Below, one piece after another: positions 10,651 through 23,751 of a DNA stretch of 64,000 nt. The notes beneath the pieces were generated by a model. That model was not told where the DNA came from. It did no database searches and saw only the letters and a list, made by a program, of their open reading frames with translations. The stretch comes from Felis catus. Taxonomy: Eukaryota. A program made the translations under genes and the position numbers. The stretch lies in the NCBI RefSeq assembly GCF_018350175.1, contig NC_058370.1, positions 51,274,001-51,338,000 of the forward strand, written 5' to 3'. Numbering within the stretch: position 1 is the first letter of the stretch; every line of letters starts with the position of its first letter.

Positions 10651-13600
10651 CTAGGTGAGAAAGACAGAGGAAGGCTTCATTAAATAGAAGTCACACACTT
10701 GGTCCTGCTCTCCATGCTCTCAGCCTGTGTCCCTAGTTCAACCCGACAACATATTCATAATCACATAGATCTTTCCAACAGGGCATTCCTGTGAATGGTG
10801 CCAGAAACAAACAGAGGCTGCAGGTTACATCTACAGATTTTATTGAGAAGGTTTCTGGAGCAGCTGTCTTTGTCTGCCCCTATGTAGCCCCAACCCTCTC
10901 CCAGGCTGCCCATTTCTGGGGTGTGAGGTGCAGATTTGCAGAGGGCATGGGACAGAGGGAGAAGAAGAAGGAACACAGCCATGCACCCCACACTCCCTAC
11001 GGCAACAGGTTCCAGCCTGCCTTGCACAGTTCTGGCCAGGCTGGCAGGAAAATGCAAGGTGTATGACCAGAATGCACTTCTTAACTGCTGGTGACTGTGC
11101 ATGGATGCTCTTTGCAGTACCTCCACCGCAGTACCTCTTTGCAGCCTCCACTCAGGCTGTCAAGACCCAGAGCTGATGTGACTCCCAGTGCATGAGGAGG
11201 CAATACTATATTGTTTTCCGCAATTCCGTAAGGTACTGCTCCTTCCCTTATCTCCTGACCTGTTCCATAAAATAGAAGGGGCTTTTACAGGGAAGAGTTT
11301 GCCTTTGACAAAGTTGGATCCTGGGTGGTGCTCATCAGGAAAGGTGGGACGGGCTGGAGTCCATGAGCAGCCGGTGGTAACTGGGAGTCAGCACTCCATG
11401 CCGGCTAACACAGGGCTGTGCTGTGGCACCGGAGCCCAGAGGGGCCCTGTGCTCATGGTGGCCTGGGGATCTCAGGTCAGTTACCCTCTATGAGCCAAAT
11501 TGACCCCGGACTCCACACTTGGAGGAAGTTTTTCATTCCAGGTGTACAATGGAGCTCTTCCTTCTTGGTCTGCACTTGGCTCAAACTAAAGTTGTACTAA
11601 TGGGGGAGCATGCACTGATGGAAAGAATGAAGGATGGGGAGCGGGTTACTGTGTATACAGAGTGGCCAGGAAGAAGGTATGACATGAGAGAATCAGCTTG
11701 GGAGCATCTCCACAAGGTGGGTTAAATAAGTATCATTACCTAATGCCTGTAAAATCCCATTCCTTTTTCCTCATCTTTTCATATGTGGCATAAGAAATTG
11801 AGCCAATGCCAACTAGCCCTCTGGGGAACCTACGGTCGGGAAGTGCAGAGTAAGTCATAAAGGAACACAAGCCTTTGCTTTTTGCTTGCTCCTTAGCAAA
11901 CAGAAACAGCTACAGGTGTCATGGGCTTGGGCAGGCCTGACACACAGCTTCTGCTAGCACGATGCAGCTCTGCTGGTGCTGGGGAGCAGCAGCCACAGAG
12001 ACACCTACACCAGTGGGCATGGGTGCCCTAGTCCAGCTTCTTGACCATGAGGCAGCAGCACACGGCTGGATCCTGGCTGCGGCTGAGAGCAGAGAGGACA
12101 GAGCTCCTGCTGGCTTTCCAAGGCCAGCTGGGGCTTCATCCCTGCCTGCTCAGTCCTTTCTCTCCACATATCATATTCCAAATTTCCAGCCTATAGACAT
12201 TAGCTGTGTGTAATTCCTAGGGGCAAAGGCCCTGAGGACAGTCACTGCCAAGCTCCAGTCTGCTTTCTGAATGTGTTCCAAGCACACCTCTCTGGCCTGA
12301 CATAGAACGGGTAGAAATAGCCAGGAGCCTGCTGTGTTCTTGCAGGTGGACAGTGATGTCCCCAGCCCATCCATTTCTTCTTAATGGTCTCAAAGGTGAA
12401 AAGGTCCCACCACTCTGAAGAAGTTTTCATAAAATTTACTTCAAGATCTGGGCCTTGGCCAGGGTTTTTTCTGTGTGACCACTGAGGCAAGCACAGGCGT
12501 GCCTGTCCCTGAGAGATGGGCAAGGAGAGGTCTCCAGTGGCTCATGAGGTGTGGGCAGGGGTTGAGGGAAGGATGCTTTCATGGGCAAGCTATCCCCGGG
12601 CAGGCCAGTGCTGACCGGTGGCGTAGTGCCCTGGATGTGCTCCTGCACGTTGCCCTTGTCACTGCAATAAAACTAGAAAAGAGAATTAGAAAAGGAGAAA
12701 GGAGGATCAGAAAGAAAAATGTGCAGCGTCAGACCATCCAGAAGGCTGAGTGGGACCCACCACCCCCTGGGATTTGAGATGCCGGCAGCAGGGTGTCCCC
12801 ACAGTTCTGCCACAATGCAGTGGGGGTAGGCTTCAGATGTCAGCCATGCACAGGAGGTACAGATAACATTCCCACAACAGACAGAATGTCAGGGGTCAGT
12901 GGGGCTGAGCTGACCAAAAAGCCTTAGGGTCTTGGAGCCCAGAGTTTCAGGGTGTCCAGGCAGAGCAAGCCACCCCATGCTAGGCCCAGTAGGTCTCACA
13001 TGAGTGCCATGGGGACAGAGGTCGCCCTAGAGTCGATATCCTAGTTAGGGCCTGGGACAGGACTTGGCTTGGTCAGGACTGTCCACCAAGTCTTTCACTA
13101 GGGATGGACTATGACATAGGGTGTCCAAGGGAGGGGCCACAAAGGCAGAGATAAGGAACACTGAAAGAGGAAGGGGTACACCAAAGACAAATCTCCCTTC
13201 TCCACATTTTGGTCCAGCTCTGCTGCCCCGAGGGAGGGAGCTCCCAGAGTCTAAATGGCACCCCATGTGCCCCCCTGCCTCATGCACTGGCAGGGCACAG
13301 CCTCCCCTGCACCAGGGCCACTTCCCAGGCTGAATGGACTTCAGAGGGAGAGAGTCTCCTGCCTGAGAGGTCAGGGGAGGAGGCAGAACACAGGGCCCTC
13401 TTGGAACATGAACACAGCTGCAAAACAGGTGGGGGACAGAGAAGGTTGCAGTGAAGCCAAAGTAAAGAACCTGGAGTGCGCAGAGTTCAGTGCTCATGGT
13501 AAGGCGCAATCTGAGGTGCCAGTTTAGGGAAGAGGTGAGTCAGCAGAGGCCACTGGGGCAACCCACAGGGAAGAATAGAACTGAGCAGGGTCTTGGTGGC

Positions 13601-16600
13601 TGCATAGGGCTCAGATAGGAGTGGGGGCAGGGGAGGGAATGGGAAGAGCACATCCAGGAAATCCACAAAGGTGGGAGGTCCTCAAAGGCAGGGGGAGGCA
13701 AACTGGAACCAGCTGTGGATCTGCACGTCCCTGGTGCAGGAGCCACACACATGTCATAGGCTGAGCCTGGAATGTGGGCTGGATCAAGGGGAGGGAGGGC
13801 CATGCCAGAAAGACAGGCCATGCCTGTTCCCACCTGCCATGAAGTCTGACTTCAGGCCTGGGTTAGGAAACCCCCAGCCCTGGGATGGCGGAGGAAATCA
13901 CTAGGCTCTCCCTCAGCACACACTACTAGGGTTTGCAGCTGATAGCATCTTGATGAGTTAAAAAAAAAAAAAAAGCCCCACTGAATTTAAACAGTCAGAG
14001 CAGGGGATGCTTCATGTCCACAATGCCGAGTAGATCACACAAGCAGCAGCGGTGGATGTCCAGCTGCCTACAGACAGCCCAGGAACAGGGCCGCAGGCCT
14101 GTCAGCATTTCCATTACGAATACCTGCCTTTCAGAGGGAGGTTTTGAAAAACTCACTGTAGGCCCCAAAATGTGTGATCTAAATCCAGGATTATTTCCTT
14201 TGAAATGTTTCTTCCAACCAGGCTCAGCTGTTTTTGCTCTATTTTATGACTTTATTCATTTGCTTCCTCAACGGTGTTAGCTCACAGAACAAACCAGTGG
14301 CTGCTGCCTTCCATGGCCCTCCATGGCCCTCCATGGGGTTGGCCTCCTGGAGTCCAGCGTTCTGCACCCATGCTGAAGGGCCAAGAGGAACACAGAGAAG
14401 CAGGAAGTACCAGAGACAATGACTTTCATTTACCAGCATCAGAGCACAGCCTCAACGCTTTCTGCCGTGTGTCTCCATGTAGCATGTTATTATGCAGACA
14501 TAACGGCACCAATAATGCCCAAGGCTGGGCTAAAATAACTCTGTTCTTCCCCAGAGCAGCTGATCTGGAGTGTCTCACTTAGCTGCCCCATGATTCTGCT
14601 GAGTATTAGAAACTCCAGGATATCCGGGCACTGACAGAGCAGGTGGGTGCATGTCCTAAACACACAGAGCCATGATGTGAGGTGATGTCACAGCCAGCAG
14701 CACCACAGGGGCTGGCCCTGGCAGTACCCTGCTCACCAGCAGCCGTATGGCTCATCCCAATGCTGGCCGGTCCTCAAGACGTCTGCCTAGCAGTCTGCTC
14801 ACAGCCAACCATGCTGCCCTCCTTCTTGATGGCGACTAGGGTGTGGGGGTAGCATGCCTCTCTCACTCATGCCCACCGTGGGCACTGAAAGGGAGGGCCG
14901 ATAAATGTCCATCAAAGAGGGGTTCTTAGTAAGCTGAAGGAGCAGGGAGGGCTACTTCCAAGTGGTGAGTTCTCCACACATCACCAGCAGCCTTAGGGTC
15001 CCTGACATCTCTGCAGTAGGCAAGGGACGTACCAATGAAAGACCCTCCTGATGAAGAGAGACAGTTCAGATTTATCTTCTTTACTGAATCTTTGCTTTTG
15101 TGACAAGTGGCTTCTTTTTGGATCCATATATACATAGGATTAACCAGTACTTGGCCACCCTCAACTGGACAGCCTGGCTTACAAGGCTTAGACAGTGCAG
15201 TGGCCAGTAGACTGTGCACTGGCAGAGGCCACACTGATTGCTGCAGCTGGGTGACCCGGTCCAGGAGGCGAAGCTCAGTGTTGGGGGGAGCTGCCATCAT
15301 CTTCCCAATAAGCTCCAATTAGTCATGTCACGAGGTGCTCAGGTGCTAGTGCCACCAATGCCACCAATGCCACCAATGCCATCCCAGTCCACATGGGGCC
15401 ATTATTGCAGGACACCCTCACCTGCCAGCATCTGCCCGGGACAGCAGCTCCTGCATCAAACCCCTTAGGTGCAGCCATGATTTCCCATTTCCTCAGACTC
15501 CCAAGTGGGGGCAGTGTCTGCTGGCCTGCCTGTACCCTCCACACTGCAAGAAATCGATGGCTCTGCCCTCCCCTGAGCAGGTGCTGCGGCCTGCCTTGTC
15601 AACCTGTAGGATCCCGTCTGGTTACTGGGGGTCCTAGGGGAGGGCCAAGGAGGGGGTGAACACTGAAGCCAGCCCCCTCGCTCCCCCGCACAATCAGAAT
15701 GCTATAACACTCTGTGAGTGGCTGTGAAGGGTGGTGTGTGGGGACAATGAGTGCTTCCTGGGATTGTGCCCAAAGATTGCTCCCTGCTCCCTTCCGAGCC
15801 CCCCACTCCAAGATGCTCATCTGGAAATGAAAGAGCTCTGCTTCTCCATCTGCATGTGGCTGGTCACCTCATCTATTTCTCCAACCTACAGAGACAGGAA
15901 TACACAGGCATAGACTGCACTGTTTTCATCCATACCCCCCCCAATTGGTGATTAGCCAATGTACCCAATAATTCCCATTTTGACTGGTTTTGGATGGGAA
16001 TAGAAGATATCTCCAAATTCCATACAAAATGGAAACAAAGTAGTGGCACCAACACGTGTAAGCCTTGATGGGTCTGCTCACGTATCATGAGGACAGTCAC
16101 TGGCACCTGGAAAAGAGGGCACCCATGGCAGGCCTGCCCCTTCCTGCTCTGCAGGAGGCCCTCTACAGGAGCCAGCCCAAAATCCAAACGCTTAACCACC
16201 ACACACATTTCCTCTTCATGGAGTCCAGTCTTGAGGGTGGGACATACCAGTCAGCCGCACCCCCATCACAGACTGTACATCCTCTTGTGGCTTAGGACCC
16301 TCTTCCCAGGATGCTTCCTCACCAACTTTGTCAGCTCAGATGTGGTCTTTCTCTATACCACTCTTCCCTCCAGCCACAGAAACACCTGCAAATGTAAGAA
16401 CTGAAGGGTCTCTTCTTTCCATTGTTCAAAAAATTCCATAGGAAGGCCTCTTAGAGTCAGTGGTAGAATTCTAGCTGCATGTGAATTTGGGGACCAGGTT
16501 AAGTAAAAAAGGCTCTCACCGGCAGGCTTACATGAGCCCTGAGGGCCCTTTGGTGAGTCCAAGACTAGCAATGGACTTTGGCACTTGGTCCAGGAAAGTG

Positions 16601-17129
16601 CCAGAGATGGGGGCCTGGGCACAGCATGGTTACCCAGAAATCACCAGTTCTAATCAAGAGGACTTTATACTGAAGTATACTGTGGGAAGTATTTTTTTTT
16701 TTTAAAGAGAGAATAGGATTGGAAAACCAGACATACAAGCTGATATCAGATGTAACATGAAAGGAAGGACAATGGGTGAAGGGTTCCCTGCTCAAGCAAA
16801 AGAACAGAGAAAACCCTCCATCCTAACCCAGAGGTAGGAAGTACAGCCTCAACACATTGACAGCATGGAGCGAGGGGCTTGTGATGAAGACCTGAGGGAG
16901 GAAAGTGTCTTCCCTCTCTCAGAAATCCAGGAAACCAAAGAGGTGATCATGCTGGAAGGCAGCCATCACAATTTAAAACAAAGGCCACCAATCAATGCAT
17001 GCACACAACAGATAGCTTCTGAGCACCTGCCTGTCCTGAGCTCCTAGGTGCCGGGATGCTGTAGGGAACAAGAGAGGCTGCTCTGATAAAGCTTATACTT
17101 CAGTGTGGGGTGAATAACCGGGGCGGGGG

Positions 17130-17255
17130 GGGGGTGCTTTTTAAAGATGCGCATTTTGGTTCGATAGATCTGGGATGGCACCCAAGTTTCTGCATGTCTA
17201 CAAACTCCCAGGAGATATCGCTGTTGCTCTCACCAGACCCTCTTTGACTAGAACA
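17130..17255. mobile_element. MER5-like hAT-Charlie remnant
   Basis: tctgggatggcacccaag...ctgcatgtctacaaactcccaggagat...ctctttgactagaac resembles MER5A/B. Confidence 0.5.
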
Positions 17256-17854
17256 CAGACTGCTTTGCAACCTTGGCTTCACAATGAAGCACTCTCCCCA
17301 CAAAAGAGCCACATGGCCAGAAACAGCAGCTTTTGCTTGGCATTTGCCTTTAATGCACTGCTCCCACCCCTGGTGGGCTCAGTAGACCATAGGTCACCAT
17401 GCCTGGTAGTTGGCCTATTATTCCTGAGAGCTTCACAAACTCAGGAGTGGATGAAGAATGGCCTTTACGCACCCGAAACTTCTGTTAGGAAAAATCTCAG
17501 GAGCCTCCTGCTTCACTGAGGTGGGCAGGCAGAGATGGCCGGCTGCATTTTGATCTGTGCTTATTTGTAAAACACTCCATTCTTTACGAGGCTAAATCAT
17601 CAGTAGGGGCAGGTGAGAACAGAATGGTTTCTTTTCAGCTCTGGCACACCTCACCCTCCTCCCCAAAGGCTGTGTCTGGAATACAGCTCGGGCCTTTGAT
17701 GAGAAAGGCTGCCAAAATGAGGGCTCTCGACCATTGACTGAGCAGGTCAAAGCAAGAGGCCTGGTGATGACCACCAGCCAAGCACATCCAAGACCCACCT
17801 TCATCTCCACAAGGCTCGTCTCACCCTTGTATCCACCATCCAAGGTCGACACGG

Positions 17855-17965
17855 CCATTTTACAGATGAGAAAACTAAGGCTCCAAATAAAAGTTTAAGT
17901 GTCTTGTTCTGAATCACACAGTTAACAAGCAGCAGGATCACAATTGCTCACACCCTTTCTAACAC
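17855..17965 (-). mobile_element. MIR fragment
   Basis: Core ccattttacagatgagaaaactaaggct...tcacacagttaacaag. Confidence 0.75.
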
Positions 17966-18435
17966 AGCTCACTGGATCTTCCATCGTTCACTTTTTACTA
18001 CAGAGTGTGGGGATGCTTTTCTGGTATGGATACATCCTTGGGTTAAAAAATTGTTATAGTTATTGAGGTGTATCTATGCATTTGGCCATTAGAGGAGGTT
18101 GGGTTCATTTTAGAGATTCAAATGGTTCTTTAAAAACCAGAACTTTTTGGGAGCATGGAAATTAGGTCGGGCAAATTCTCATACTAGGAGGACCCCAGCT
18201 GCAGTCATCAAAGGTGGGAGGATATTTCTGTTCCCTTCCTATTTATTTCAAATGGGCAGTGACTTCACAGGCCTGTTAACAATGCCGAACTTTTTTACCG
18301 GGAACATTGAACTCTAGACATCTGTAATACCATGTGCCAACACTCTGGACAGACATTCTCCCATATGCTGAACAATATCTGTTGTGCACCTGCTACAGGA
18401 GAGGCTTATTTACCCTGAAGGGGGTCCCCATCCTT

Positions 18436-18504
18436 AGAATTAAACATAAGAATTAGACATAGAATTAGACATAAGAATTAAACATAGAATTAGAATTAGA
18501 ATAA
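18436..18504 (+). repeat. Short AT-rich minisatellite, AGAATTA(A/G)ACAT(A) x4 followed by AGAATT-like hexamers
   Basis: agaattaaacata agaattagacat agaattagacata agaattaaacat agaatt agaatt agaata. Confidence 0.9.
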
Positions 18505-20281
18505 GTGCTGTGGTTATGTGCTGGAAGCCATTATCCCTGTGTGTGACCCACACGCATAGGGCAGCTGCCTCTTTTCTATCCTCTTCTCTCATGTTCCCTT
18601 CCTAAGATGGCTGAGGTGGACAGGTGAGGCTGTAGTTGCCAAAGTCGGCTGGTGAACTGAAGCCATTATTCAGACAACTGAGGTTTAAAACAAGAAATAT
18701 GCAGCAACTAAGACAAAGGTGTAGACAATGGCCTCATCTTGCATATAAAAACTGAGCACAGGCAAGGATTTTGAAAGACATGATCCTAAGAATTAATGTG
18801 AAAGGTGGGGAATGGTGTTAATTTCAACATCCCATTATCACAGACTGGATAAAAGCCAGGGCACTTCCTGTGAGTGGTGGACTACACCATTCTGCCAGTT
18901 CCTGGGAAAGCTTGTAGAGCAGGGGCTGTTTCACATGCCTCCATGGGCTAGCAGCTCAGGGTACGGGCAGCTGGGCTAACTGAGGACTGTTTTGGCAAAT
19001 CTGCCCCACCCCTTGCCCTCTCGCAGACCATAGTGACATTCACTTTGTAACCCTCTGTGGCTGCTATGCTGCCCTGACAGCACCTTCCTGAGGTCAGAGG
19101 GGCCCCTGGTCCTCTACAGACACCTGCAACATGGCGGTAAGCCCAGGCAATAACCTCACTGCCACTACCATGCCCATGTGCACCTCCCAAGTTGCCCCGA
19201 GATAGAAAATCAGTGTGTCCCTACTTGGTGAGCGGGTCCCTCCACTGCACAGAAACTACACACCCCACTCCTTCCCCCTCAGCCTCTGCCCCAAGTTGTC
19301 ATCCTTTCCTTCTTGGGCGCTCACCCCAATTACCACAGGGAATGAGGCTTCCCCTTCTTTGAATTCAGCCTCTTAATAGTGGGTTATGTTTCCTGCCTGT
19401 GCCAGCAATTACACTCTTGATTTGGTAGCAAAGCCCCCACAAAAAGGAAGATTCCAAGAAGAGTCTGATAAATTAAAGTAAGAAAACGAAACTTCACTCA
19501 TTCGTTAAGAATGTGCAAAACTCAGAAAAAAACTCATAAGCAGCTAACAGTTATGAAAGCACCTTAGTAGTGTATGTCCTGTAAGCAAAAGGACCATTTA
19601 TTGGAAGTTTTGTGATCAGTGTAGGGACTCCGTCATAATTCTTTCTGAAGATAAAACTTAAAAGGAAAAAAAAATGGTTGTTTTCCAACTGAGAAGGGGA
19701 ACACAAAGGCACCATTTATTCTCTGTTTTCTGCAAGAAGCCCCCACGGGGACGTCTCTCTGCTGGGATGGTGGCAAGACCTCTAACTGTCCCAGCAGGGG
19801 CACATATGGCCTCCTGCAGAGATGCTCCAGTTGCAGGAGAGCGCCCTGCCTGGGGTGTGCTTACACATGCCTTTCTGACCATTTTAGACCAGCACCGGAG
19901 TAAATAATCTCACAGAAGTCACAGATCTGAGGCAGCTAAGAAAGGAGGAGGAGGGAACTATAAAGAGATGGGGCTGGTCCAGAATTCAGAAGGCAGGTGG
20001 CAGCTTCACTAATGGGTCCCAGGGCCAGGCCAGCAGAGTGACCCAGTCAAGGGCCCTGTAACCTTTATCCCCAGCAGTAAAGAATTTCTGGGCACACAGC
20101 TCCAGTAAATTACATCTATTTTCTAGTCTACCACTATATTATATACACCATAAAACATACACATAATAGAAACTGAAATTTATAACTCAAAAAATTTAAA
20201 TAATAAATTTGAAAAAAGTTCTAATATTTCCTTTCCTTACAGAGCTTCATGTGCCCTACTTTGAAGATCTCTCGCTAAGAG

Positions 20282-20506
20282 TAGTGGTTTTTAAACTATC
20301 AATTCAGTGGACCCTGATCAGTGTTTTTTAAAAGATGAATCAGATTAAAAGAGAAAATACCAGAATGCATCACATGCACTAAGGGTAAAAGTAGTTCCAG
20401 GACACATTGGTTTAGTTTCAACATACACACCACTGTATACTCCAGGTCAGGATGTAAAATGCATTTCTCATTGTGAGTCACAATCTAAAAACATTGAAAG
20501 CCACTG
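20282..20506. mobile_element. hAT-Charlie-type MITE
   Basis: Imperfect terminal inverted repeats tagtggtttttaaac ... attgaaagccactg around an AT-rich body. Confidence 0.6.
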
Positions 20507-21054
20507 GCATCAAGGGGAACAGAGAACTATCTCCCCATCAAGAAATAAAAGTCCTCCTTCCCCCATCTGCACAGGTTGAAGGTGTGGTGTGGCACCCAGG
20601 ACTGCCACATGGTGCTCTCTATGGACATCCAGAGAGCCTTTCTGGGGGCACCCCAGGCACCACAGGCTTCCTGCAGAGGACACAGGTTTAGAAACACCGC
20701 TTGCCTCTGAATCCATCCAACCCTTTCTAGTCCCCTCTGGCAACACGCATCCTTGAACACACACACCAGCTGTGCATGGGTTTATGGCCACAAGGGAGGC
20801 ACTGATGGCCCTATCTGACAGAGCTTGGGTGCCTATGCATCCAAAGTGGGGCCCTGCCCTACATGGAACATCTCTGGGACTGGAAATCAACTCCCAAGGG
20901 CAAAAAACAGAATCTATGTGGCCAGGAGATCCAGGATACTGCAGCAAGCTCCCAGTGTGGCAAGGGACTGAGAAATGGAAGACGGGCCAGGCCATCACTG
21001 AATTATTCTGCTGCAGCCTTTACATTCTGACTGCTACTTCCTCACCACTTTAAA

Positions 21055-21268
21055 TTTTTTTTTAATGTTTATTTATTTTTGAGAGAGAGAGAGAGAGAGA
21101 GCACGAGCAGGGGAGGGGCAGAGAGAGAGGGAGACACAGAATCCAAAGCAAGATCTAGGCTCTGAGCTGTAAGCACAGAGCCCGAAGTGGGGCTCAAACC
21201 CACATACCATGAGATCATGATCTGAGCCGAAGTCAGCCGCTCAACCGACTGAGCCACCTAGGTGCCCC
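21055..21268 (-). mobile_element. Can-SINE (SINEC_Fc type), full length
   Basis: Minus strand ggggcacctaggtggctcagtcggttgagcg...gattctgtgtctccc(tc)n plus A tail. Imperfect TSD tcctcaccactttaaa (21039-21054) / tcctcaccaattttaaa (from 21269). Confidence 0.95.
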
Positions 21269-21360
21269 TCCTCACCAATTTTAAACAGGCTTCAACCATT
21301 TACAAAGCCTCCAGATAGCATGTATCTCCTCCCCCACCCTCCCTCTCTTTCTGTCTCTGT

Positions 21361-21363
<3 letters not shown>

Positions 21364-21409
<46 letters not shown>
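21364..21409 (+). repeat. (TC)n microsatellite
   Basis: About 23 perfect units. Confidence 0.95.
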
Positions 21410-21412
<3 letters not shown>

Positions 21413-21609
21413 CTCAGGGCAATCTCTGTAACAAGACCATCAAGATCTGAGAGCCGATACAGAGTTTTGAGATTTAGAGACTACTTCTTCCTCTTGTAAA
21501 CATTCATCTCACTTAACAGATGGTTAATGAGCTTTGTGCCAGGCACGCAATAGGTGCTCAACAAACACCTAATCAATGAAAGTATACAGCTAACATGAGC
21601 ATTTGTATG

Positions 21610-21810
21610 CAATAACGTCTACTTATTGAGTATGATCTAAATGCTGTGTTCTGCACTTTGACCTATGTCCTTATCAACCCCTCTGGGGAGGTAAAATTCA
21701 TACCCCACTTTGCACATGCCCACCTAGTGGCTAAGAGAAGAGGGAGTGCTGGAGCTAGCACGCCAAACATTCTTGTGAACCCGGAGCCTGAGCTCCCAGT
21801 TACAGCCCAC
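21610..21810 (-). mobile_element. MIR fragment, adjacent to an L2 3' end at about 21490-21580
   Basis: tacttattgagt...ctgcactttgac...aacccctctggggaggta...tgaacccggagcctg; upstream gtgccaggcacgcaataggtgctcaacaaac is an L2 terminus. Confidence 0.55.
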
Positions 21811-22382
21811 TTGGTTCACATCAGTCACCCACTGGCTGTCATGTGTGAGCTGTACACAGCAACATGTGGCTGGGGAAGCTTTTTCACGGAAAGAACTTTC
21901 CTTAGGGATATATTTCACAGTCACAAAAGGGGTATAAGAATATTTGGAATTAATAAATGCAAACTGAATGAAAGATCAATTAGAGAAAGACTGGTATAAG
22001 TGAGGAAGGAACTTAATTTCAATGGTTACAGGCAGTGGCCAAAAGTGACATGAGTATTTGAAGGTAGGGGAGAGGCACAGGCAGGAATACAAACACACGT
22101 GTGTGTTTTTGTGCTGTGTGCACAGGGCCTCAAGTCAGTGCTCATGTCATAGGGATTTCAGGCCAAATGGGAGTGAGAATTGTGACCTGAAGCCTCTGTA
22201 GATTCCTGAACAGGGAACGGATAGCTCTGTGGAGCTGGTACAGAAGTTTTGAGGGAGATCTGGGCAGGGCTGTTGGAGACTCCTGGGTCAGTAGGCAGTG
22301 GGGGACATGCCTAGATGGACTGACTGGGGGAGGAGAGACACCCAAGCCACCTGGGTTTGGTGCTACATAAGAAGGGGATCTG

Positions 22383-22930
22383 ATTACTGAGCACACATGT
22401 ATTAGACGCCTGCTGCATGAGGGGGGTTTTGCTTGGCATCAGTGAAAAAAAACAGATAAAACCCCTGCCTTCACGGAGACCCAGCCAATAAACAAGTAAA
22501 CACATAGGTATATTTAGTATGTCGGATGGTGAGGAGTATATGGAGAAAGAAATAGGAGAGAAGGCATGGTGGGTGGGGAGGGTGAAGAAAACCTCCGATA
22601 TAACACCTGAAGGAGGATAGTAATGTTGACACTGAGGGGAAATGTGATGGGCATGGGAACCGCAGGTGCAAAGGCCCTGTGGTGGGAGTGGGGCTGGAGT
22701 GTCTGAGGAGGAAGACGGAAGCCAGGATGACTGGAGCAGCCTTATGGGTAGAAATGAGGTCAGAGATGACAAGGATCAGTGGGGCAGTCCTGGCTCTCCT
22801 CTGAGTGAAATGGGGGAGGTCTAAAGCAGCAGAGAGACATCTGATATGCATGCAACAGGATCCCCTGACTACTGGGCTGACAGCAGACTATAGGGCCAAC
22901 GGGCTTTGAAGCTATTGCCACAACATCAGT
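22383..22930 (-). mobile_element. L2 fragment
   Basis: acagataaaacccctgccttcacggag, gtgcaaaggccctgtggtggga, gccaggatgactggagcag. Confidence 0.75.
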
Positions 22931-22949
22931 GGAAAATTCTCACAATTTA

Positions 22950-23200
22950 ATGAAAAAAGTAAGATGGAAATACTGATATAGCATAATCCCAGACTTGTTC
23001 ACAATATATGTAAATTTATACATAGAAAAGAATAAAGGAAATAAAATAATATGCTAACAACATTTCATTTTTTTCCTACACACATATTTATATTTACTGG
23101 TAGGATTATAGGGGATCTTAATTTCCTTGCTTCTATCTTTCTGAATTTCCCTGTTTTGAACAATAGCCTGGTATTATTTTTATAATCACAAAGTGATTAA
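22950..23200 (+). mobile_element. Old L1ME-type 3' end
   Basis: AT-rich, ggtaggattataggggat...tattatttttataatca terminus. Confidence 0.55.
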
Positions 23201-23602
23201 AAACAAAACAAAAGAGAAGATTAGGCTGGATTATTGATCAACCTATGGTGAGATTTCATGAGTTGTGGCACTATTACATTTTTTCCATTTTGTAAAAAAT
23301 GGGCAAGGTACCATAAAAGACTTAGGTGCTTTTTAGTTGAGTGAGATGCAATATTTCTTAGGAGCAGGACATTTCAGGGAAGGGCTAGCAAAGGTTCCCT
23401 CCTCCTTGATGGCTTGGCTTCCAGCCCTATCTGCGTGGTGTCTTGGTATGGGAACACAGACCTGGCTGTCACACTACACAGCCTTTAGGGAGCTTCTTCT
23501 GGCAGTATTCCCGTGGGAGTCTGCCAAGAGGGCATCAACAGGTGGAAAGGAATCAAAATGAAAGGAAAATGGAAACCTAGAGAGGTTAAACAGAGGATGG
23601 AG

Positions 23603-23751
23603 CAGAGGCCAGCAAACCAGCCCCATAGGCCAAGTCCAGCTACTGCTTGCTGCTGTATGTAGTTTGGGGACACAGTCACACCAGCTTACCTGTTGTTTCT
23701 GACTGCTTCTGCCTTACAAATTAGAGTTGAGAAAAAAATGTGCCAACGCTG
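23603..23751 (-). mobile_element. MER58-like remnant (opposite orientation, internally deleted)
   Basis: ggccagcaaaccagcccc...ggccaagtccagc...gacacagtcacacc...tgtgccaacgctg. Confidence 0.55.

Noticed and set aside
21069-21257. Recurrent MAQSV... ORFs (also at 32137, 39754, 47059)
   Set aside because: Translations of Can-SINE consensus sequence, not a gene family.
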